Below, piece by piece: positions 59,154 to 64,000 of a stretch of DNA of 64,000 nucleotides. A program made the position numbers and the translations under genes. This DNA is from a virus. Its lineage: Duplodnaviria; Caudoviricetes. Under the pieces are notes generated by a model that did no database searches, was not told the origin of the DNA, and saw only the letters and a program-made list of their open reading frames with translations. The stretch's first letter is position 1; each line of letters starts with the position of its first letter. The DNA is taken from the IMG/VR virus record IMGVR_UViG_3300042258_000071, positions 64,001-128,000 of that record. One strand, given 5' to 3'.

Positions 59154-60014
59154 TCAAACGACTGTGAACTGATCCATGATATCGGTGACTTCTTTTTGGA
59201 TACCCATATTGGCCAGGTTTTCTGCAATCGTCTCGGCAACAGGTTTCGCACGATTGTAATCAGCACGATGGATCTGAACAAGCTCAGCAACATTTCGGCC
59301 AACACGACGCGTGTTATCGTTATGCTGCAAGATGCCATGAAAAGGAATGGATCGTTCGATGAGTTTGGACTCAGCGATTGTCCGTTCATATCCTGCCATG
59401 CCTGTTCGATCTGGCCACATGGCCGTGATGATGTAAGCATCGAGAATATTACGTGCTCGCATAGTGGTGTCATATTGGATAAACAGCGTATCAAAAGTAA
59501 AAGAGGATACCAATTGTGGATCGATTTCACCAGACTCAAGAATCCCTACCATAGAGGCTTGGGTATCTGGGTGTTTAATGAGATCTAAATAGGTTCCAAA
59601 GAAGTTAAAGATCACATTCCCAGTTAATTCGTTCCATGTAAATTGAGGATTAACCTGAGAGCGCCTGGCAGTTGTTGGCATGTTAAGCATTTGCCCATCA
59701 TTACCAATGTTCACCTGTTGCGCATCGATAGACTTTTCAAAGTCGATACCGGTAATGCTTTTAGCACCACGTTCGATCAGAACCTTTAGAAAGGAATCGA
59801 AATTTTGAAGTTGAGGAGAAAGAGAGAACATCGTTGGAGACTGTAAGACAAAAGGAAAGGTACCTCCCATAACAAGAGGTGTTGCAACGTCAAGCTGGGT
59901 GAGATGCGGACCGATACCAAGCTGTGCCCCTTCAGGAAGGTTGGCAACAGCAGATCCATCGAGAGATCCTAATCGACCAGCATTACGGATAAGGGAATTG
60001 ACTGATTTTACCAT
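59154..60014 (-). CDS. Tail tube protein (phiKZ gp30-like)
   Basis: 286 aa immediately after the sheath. RSQVNPQFTWNELTG...F---Y...DTLFIQYD...MWP--TG. Confidence 0.7.
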   Translation of the reverse strand: MVKSVNSLIRNAGRLGSLDGSAVANLPEGAQLGIGPHLTQLDVATPLVMGGTFPFVLQSPTMFSLSPQLQNFDSFLKVLIERGAKSITGIDFEKSIDAQQVNIGNDGQMLNMPTTARRSQVNPQFTWNELTGNVIFNFFGTYLDLIKHPDTQASMVGILESGEIDPQLVSSFTFDTLFIQYDTTMRARNILDAYIITAMWPDRTGMAGYERTIAESKLIERSIPFHGILQHNDNTRRVGRNVAELVQIHRADYNRAKPVAETIAENLANMGIQKEVTDIMDQFTVV

Positions 60015-60025
60015 GATCGTTTACC

Positions 60026-62032
60026 TTACTCTTCAATGCGATCTACAGGGATTTCGAAATGATAGATGCGGTCAGGGATATTACCTGACAGTGTCACACG
60101 AATCGTTTTGCGATATCCAAGAGCATTGTCAGCAGCTGTCTTAAAGACAGTCACTTCCACTCGGACTTGTCCCCCAAAGGTGTTATAAATCCACTGCTCT
60201 AGATTATCAGAAATTAGTTTGTTAATCTTGTTGTCCGGAAGGTTGGAACCAGAATGGGTAGCCCACTCGAGCCGACAACGCTGTTTAACATACACAAGCT
60301 TATTGACAAAGAGAGAACTTGAGAGAATGGAATTGTCATATGGGTATACCGTACGATAATCAGGCCAGTGAAGACCGTTAGTATCATAGTACTGCATGTA
60401 ATTGAGACCATTATCCCATAAGCGACGTTTCAGGCTATCCGTTGCTGGAGTCCAGTTTACTTCACTAAAGACAGTGACTGCAGAATTTGGAAGACCCCCG
60501 GGACTATCAGTGATCTGATTATTTGCAGCACCTTCATATAGAACTGTCTTAAGAAGAATATCGTAGGTAGCAGGTACCCAGTTCTTCCAAAGCGGTTCCG
60601 CTGACAGCTTACCAGCCTGCGTGTAAATATCTGCTCGTGCAACAGGTGTTCCAAAATATGTAGATTCAGGATATAAGGAAGCTGCAGCTCGAAGGGCGAT
60701 ACCGGTGGAGATATCCTGTGCTGAAGTGTTTCCAGGGTTATTAAAATCCTGTGAACACATCATCGGGCGAACATCCCCGCGAAGACCCAATACGCTAAGC
60801 ATTTTTACTTTAGTTTCGAACCGATATCCTGGGTCCCAAAGAAAGTTAAAAGGATAACGCGCTTCATCAAGCATCTCTGGGTAGAGTTCTCCCTCCAACC
60901 ATAGACCGGTTAGATCTTGGAGACCATTCCATGTCAGATCACCATCTGCTCCACCTTGAAAATAATTAATGCGGTTCGGATGGAAGAAGGTGGATCCTCC
61001 ATTAAGAACTTCCATGTGATCATATGGACGACCCTCCGTATCTGTTCCAGATAGAATATTGATACGATAAGCTGTTATCCCAAGATCTGAAAGTTCAGAG
61101 GATACCGCAAGAATGCGATCACCAATAGTTTTAACATGTTCAGAATAAACATGAAAGTCCATGGGGAAGAGACTGTGGGGATATGCACCATCCGTTGCAA
61201 TGTATTCACTCTCAAGTTGTTCATTGAGATCATAATACATGCGCGTGGTGGTATCAAGTGCGTTCTCTTTAAGAGAGATATCTAGAAACTGCCCGTTCGA
61301 AATACCCCGAACGGAGGTTACAATGTTTTCATTAACATTAAGTTTTACAGGTTCGAACCGATAGGTAATAGAATCGATCCGGTCAAATACTGAAGATTCG
61401 GCATCCCGTGTAAAATAGAGACGGAACCCCATGCTGTTTGCAAAGGCACCCAAATCTTTCGCACGAATAGCCATGATGGGATAGGTTGTAATTTCATCAT
61501 CACCAACTTGAGCTGTTGATGTGACAAGATTTGTAAGGGTCTCACCTCCAACAATATCAAGTGCACGAACAACCCATTCAATGTGGATACCGGGTTCAGT
61601 AAGAGGTGTTGCCCCATCTAAGATCGGGATGGGGAGGTCGTCTTCATCAAGGACCCGGTTACCGCTCGCATCTTTTTCATACTGGATAAGACTTGTTGTA
61701 TGAACCTTTGCTTCTAGCACAAGTGTTGATGCGCTCATATTGGATTCATCCCCAACACGAACATACCACACTTCCTGCCCAGTAAGCGCTGCCTTCATCA
61801 GCATATTTGGAGGTTGGAAGAATTTTGACTGAGTGTCGAAAATCTCTTCCCCATAGATTTCTTGAAGAAACTGGGTACTACCTCGAGTTGGGACGTTCAT
61901 TGGGCCGCGAGAAGCATACCCAATAAACAGAGGCTTATGAAGCCCCTGGGGAGTTTCAACAATCTCAGGACGTCGGGAAATATCATCCACATTGATAAGT
62001 GCATGTGGAAACCTGTCATTAAAATTCGGCAT
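60026..62032 (-). CDS. Contractile tail sheath protein (phiKZ gp29-like)
   Basis: D-S...PQ-LH-PLF-GYASRGP, YG-E-FD, GGADG, YPF---WDPGY, YPES-YFGTP--RA, W-NGLNY-Q-YD----HWP---TVY. Confidence 0.8.
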   Translation of the reverse strand: MPNFNDRFPHALINVDDISRRPEIVETPQGLHKPLFIGYASRGPMNVPTRGSTQFLQEIYGEEIFDTQSKFFQPPNMLMKAALTGQEVWYVRVGDESNMSASTLVLEAKVHTTSLIQYEKDASGNRVLDEDDLPIPILDGATPLTEPGIHIEWVVRALDIVGGETLTNLVTSTAQVGDDEITTYPIMAIRAKDLGAFANSMGFRLYFTRDAESSVFDRIDSITYRFEPVKLNVNENIVTSVRGISNGQFLDISLKENALDTTTRMYYDLNEQLESEYIATDGAYPHSLFPMDFHVYSEHVKTIGDRILAVSSELSDLGITAYRINILSGTDTEGRPYDHMEVLNGGSTFFHPNRINYFQGGADGDLTWNGLQDLTGLWLEGELYPEMLDEARYPFNFLWDPGYRFETKVKMLSVLGLRGDVRPMMCSQDFNNPGNTSAQDISTGIALRAAASLYPESTYFGTPVARADIYTQAGKLSAEPLWKNWVPATYDILLKTVLYEGAANNQITDSPGGLPNSAVTVFSEVNWTPATDSLKRRLWDNGLNYMQYYDTNGLHWPDYRTVYPYDNSILSSSLFVNKLVYVKQRCRLEWATHSGSNLPDNKINKLISDNLEQWIYNTFGGQVRVEVTVFKTAADNALGYRKTIRVTLSGNIPDRIYHFEIPVDRIEE

Positions 62033-62103
62033 TTTAAAGCTCCTAAACTATGCCCTAAAAGTAAAGCCATGGCCATCCTATAGGCCAATATTCATAATAA
62101 GGA

Positions 62104-63132
62104 ATGCCTATGAAACATCGCAGTATTTATGAGACAAACGTTTCGAAGACGACTCTTAATACGAATCAGATAAATGATCTTGTAAAATACTTAATCACTT
62201 ACCGTAATGAAATTATCATAGACCAAGGACAGCAAAAGCAAATTCTCTCTCAGAAATCAGGGTTGAAAACCCCAATATCGGAAATCTTTGCACATCTCAT
62301 CAGAGAAGGTATTGAGGATATTTTAAAACTGATTGTTATTCCAAAATCAATTATAGATACACCTGAAGTCTTAACATATCCTCATTTAACATTCGACATT
62401 TACCAACTGTATCCTGTTGCTGAAAATGCTGCAAGATCTTTAGGTGTTACAGACTTTAATAAGAAAATTATTACAAATGTCACTCCCTGGTATAGTACAA
62501 GAACAGAGCAGGTAACATCACTCTCTTCACTACAATCTTCTGTCGTAAGAGATCTGTTCTCACGCTCCTATTTTACGAGTGATAGAACATGGATTTCCCC
62601 CCGTGTGGTGAGGTCTACGGGAAAAGTCTATACTATGTCCCTAGCCACCACTGTGGCTGGAAAGTATCAATTAACGGCACCTCAGATGAAAATTATCAGC
62701 ATCCCTATCGCGTATTATTACTTCTCACAGATCCTCGATCCTTCTGAAATTGAACCTTTTTTAATGGGTAGTTCTGGAGCTCTTAAACTTGATCGATCTA
62801 CAGATGTTCAAGGCATTCTAGCTGTGATTAATGAGCACATTAAAGACCCTGCAAGAATGACACTTGACGATCTCTGTCTTGTCCTTAGAAACATCGGGAT
62901 TCAGAAACTTCAGATTAATCCAATGATTTTAAACACCATTACAAAATCTTGGGGTAAAGATATTTATACAAGTAAGATGTCTCTAGAATATCCCCCATAT
63001 TGGGTATACAATCTTCTTCTTGCAGGGTCTGGTGAGAAGACAGGTCTATACCACCTTCTCAAACGGATGGGGGCAGATCGTGAAATAGATGAAATTGTTA
63101 AAAACATTTTAAGTTCTCCCTCTCTTGTGTAA
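62104..63132 (+). CDS. Virion structural protein (phiKZ gp28-like)
   Basis: 342 aa, divergent from the sheath gene. SIYET, HP-like YPH, LEYPPYW. Confidence 0.55.
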   Translation: MPMKHRSIYETNVSKTTLNTNQINDLVKYLITYRNEIIIDQGQQKQILSQKSGLKTPISEIFAHLIREGIEDILKLIVIPKSIIDTPEVLTYPHLTFDIYQLYPVAENAARSLGVTDFNKKIITNVTPWYSTRTEQVTSLSSLQSSVVRDLFSRSYFTSDRTWISPRVVRSTGKVYTMSLATTVAGKYQLTAPQMKIISIPIAYYYFSQILDPSEIEPFLMGSSGALKLDRSTDVQGILAVINEHIKDPARMTLDDLCLVLRNIGIQKLQINPMILNTITKSWGKDIYTSKMSLEYPPYWVYNLLLAGSGEKTGLYHLLKRMGADREIDEIVKNILSSPSLV

Positions 63133-63158
63133 CATGTCTTATAATAAGGTGTGTAGAT

Positions 63159-64000
63159 ATGACCCCTGTTGAACAAACCCGAATGATTGATGCACTCAAT
63201 CGGTATTGCTTTCACAATATTTGGAATGCAACACTTCAAGAGTATCGTGTTAATGTGAAACCCAATCAGATCTTAGCAGGACGCTACCTTAAAGGTAGCG
63301 TCTCTGTTGGATCTGAGAGATTCCCCCTTCCAACCCCAACCGACCAATATATTGCGTATTATGCTCCACAACAATCTTTTTTTGGAGGATTACGCCTTCA
63401 GAAAGGAGTGTGGATACGGTCTGATACTTTTTTAACACATTACAAAACACTCCTTTACAGTTACGATACAGAAGGACGTGTTCTTCCCCGAAATTCTGTG
63501 TATCTTTATTTATCTCCTATTTCAAATCGTGTTATTATTGCACTCTTAAAGAACCCTCTTTTAAAAGTATTCGGTCCTCACTTCGATGCTTTCTATATGA
63601 CCGTCTATAGAGACAGTGATCAACCTAATCCAATCACTTTACAGACGTGGTATGTTGATCCTACAAATGCCTCTGGAAGTGTCAATGGTCTTGTAACATT
63701 TCTCAGCCAATCTAAAACAAAAAATTTTGAAGGAACACAGATTCTTATTAATGGTAGAGAATTTTCACAATCCAATCCCCTCTCCTATCAACCAGGTGAT
63801 TACATTGAGATTCTCTGTGATGAGAATGTTATTGGTGCCTACGATGTTAATGTCTCTAATAATACAACAGGTTTCTACAGTGACATAGATTCTAAATATA
63901 AAGAGATCCTACACTGTCCAAAAACGATTAATCCAAACAATCAGCTCATCACCCACAATACTTGCATGCTATCTATCCTGACATCTGAAGGTATTGGGCG
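63159..64000 (+). CDS. Virion structural protein (phiKZ gp27-like), 3'-truncated
   Basis: ATG 63159 after AAGG. MTPVEQTRMIDALNRYCFHNIWNATLQEY..., apparently open to the window end and so absent from the ORF track. Confidence 0.6.
   Translation, partial: MTPVEQTRMIDALNRYCFHNIWNATLQEYRVNVKPNQILAGRYLKGSVSVGSERFPLPTPTDQYIAYYAPQQSFFGGLRLQKGVWIRSDTFLTHYKTLLYSYDTEGRVLPRNSVYLYLSPISNRVIIALLKNPLLKVFGPHFDAFYMTVYRDSDQPNPITLQTWYVDPTNASGSVNGLVTFLSQSKTKNFEGTQILINGREFSQSNPLSYQPGDYIEILCDENVIGAYDVNVSNNTTGFYSDIDSKYKEILHCPKTINPNNQLITHNTCMLSILTSEGIG

Noticed and set aside
1-64000. Stop-codon reassignment (alternative genetic code)
   Set aside because: Core genes are full length in the standard code, and TAA, TAG and TGA all end genes at sensible positions.

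Overview
This 64-kb window reads as part of a phiKZ-like jumbo myophage genome. It is AT-rich, densely coded and uses the standard genetic code. The assignment rests on several motif-recognisable genes: three split multisubunit RNA-polymerase subunits, a palm/thumb-only family-B DNA polymerase, a GroEL-like chaperonin, RNase HI, an SF2 helicase, and portal, sheath, tube, baseplate and inner-head proteins with S/A/G-x-E maturation motifs. The spanin pair indicates a Gram-negative host. Highlights: (1) an ORF-less 363-nt group IA2 intron (40658-41020) splitting gyrB at the TOPRIM DxD motif; (2) a free-standing HNH endonuclease and a catalytically degenerate paralogue flanking the helicase; (3) a ~430-nt non-coding tract of eight back-to-back stem-loops (28518-28948) with loop-loop complementarity, preceded by an unannotated 27-aa hydrophobic ORF; (4) a complete lysis cassette with a DUF5675/YkuD-type dual-start endolysin candidate, an internally duplicated holin and overlapping spanins; (5) 18 related long intergenic palindromes; (6) a VgrG3-like muramidase domain in the tail lysin. 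No searches were run. phiKZ gp numbers are recalled from motifs and synteny and are tentative.
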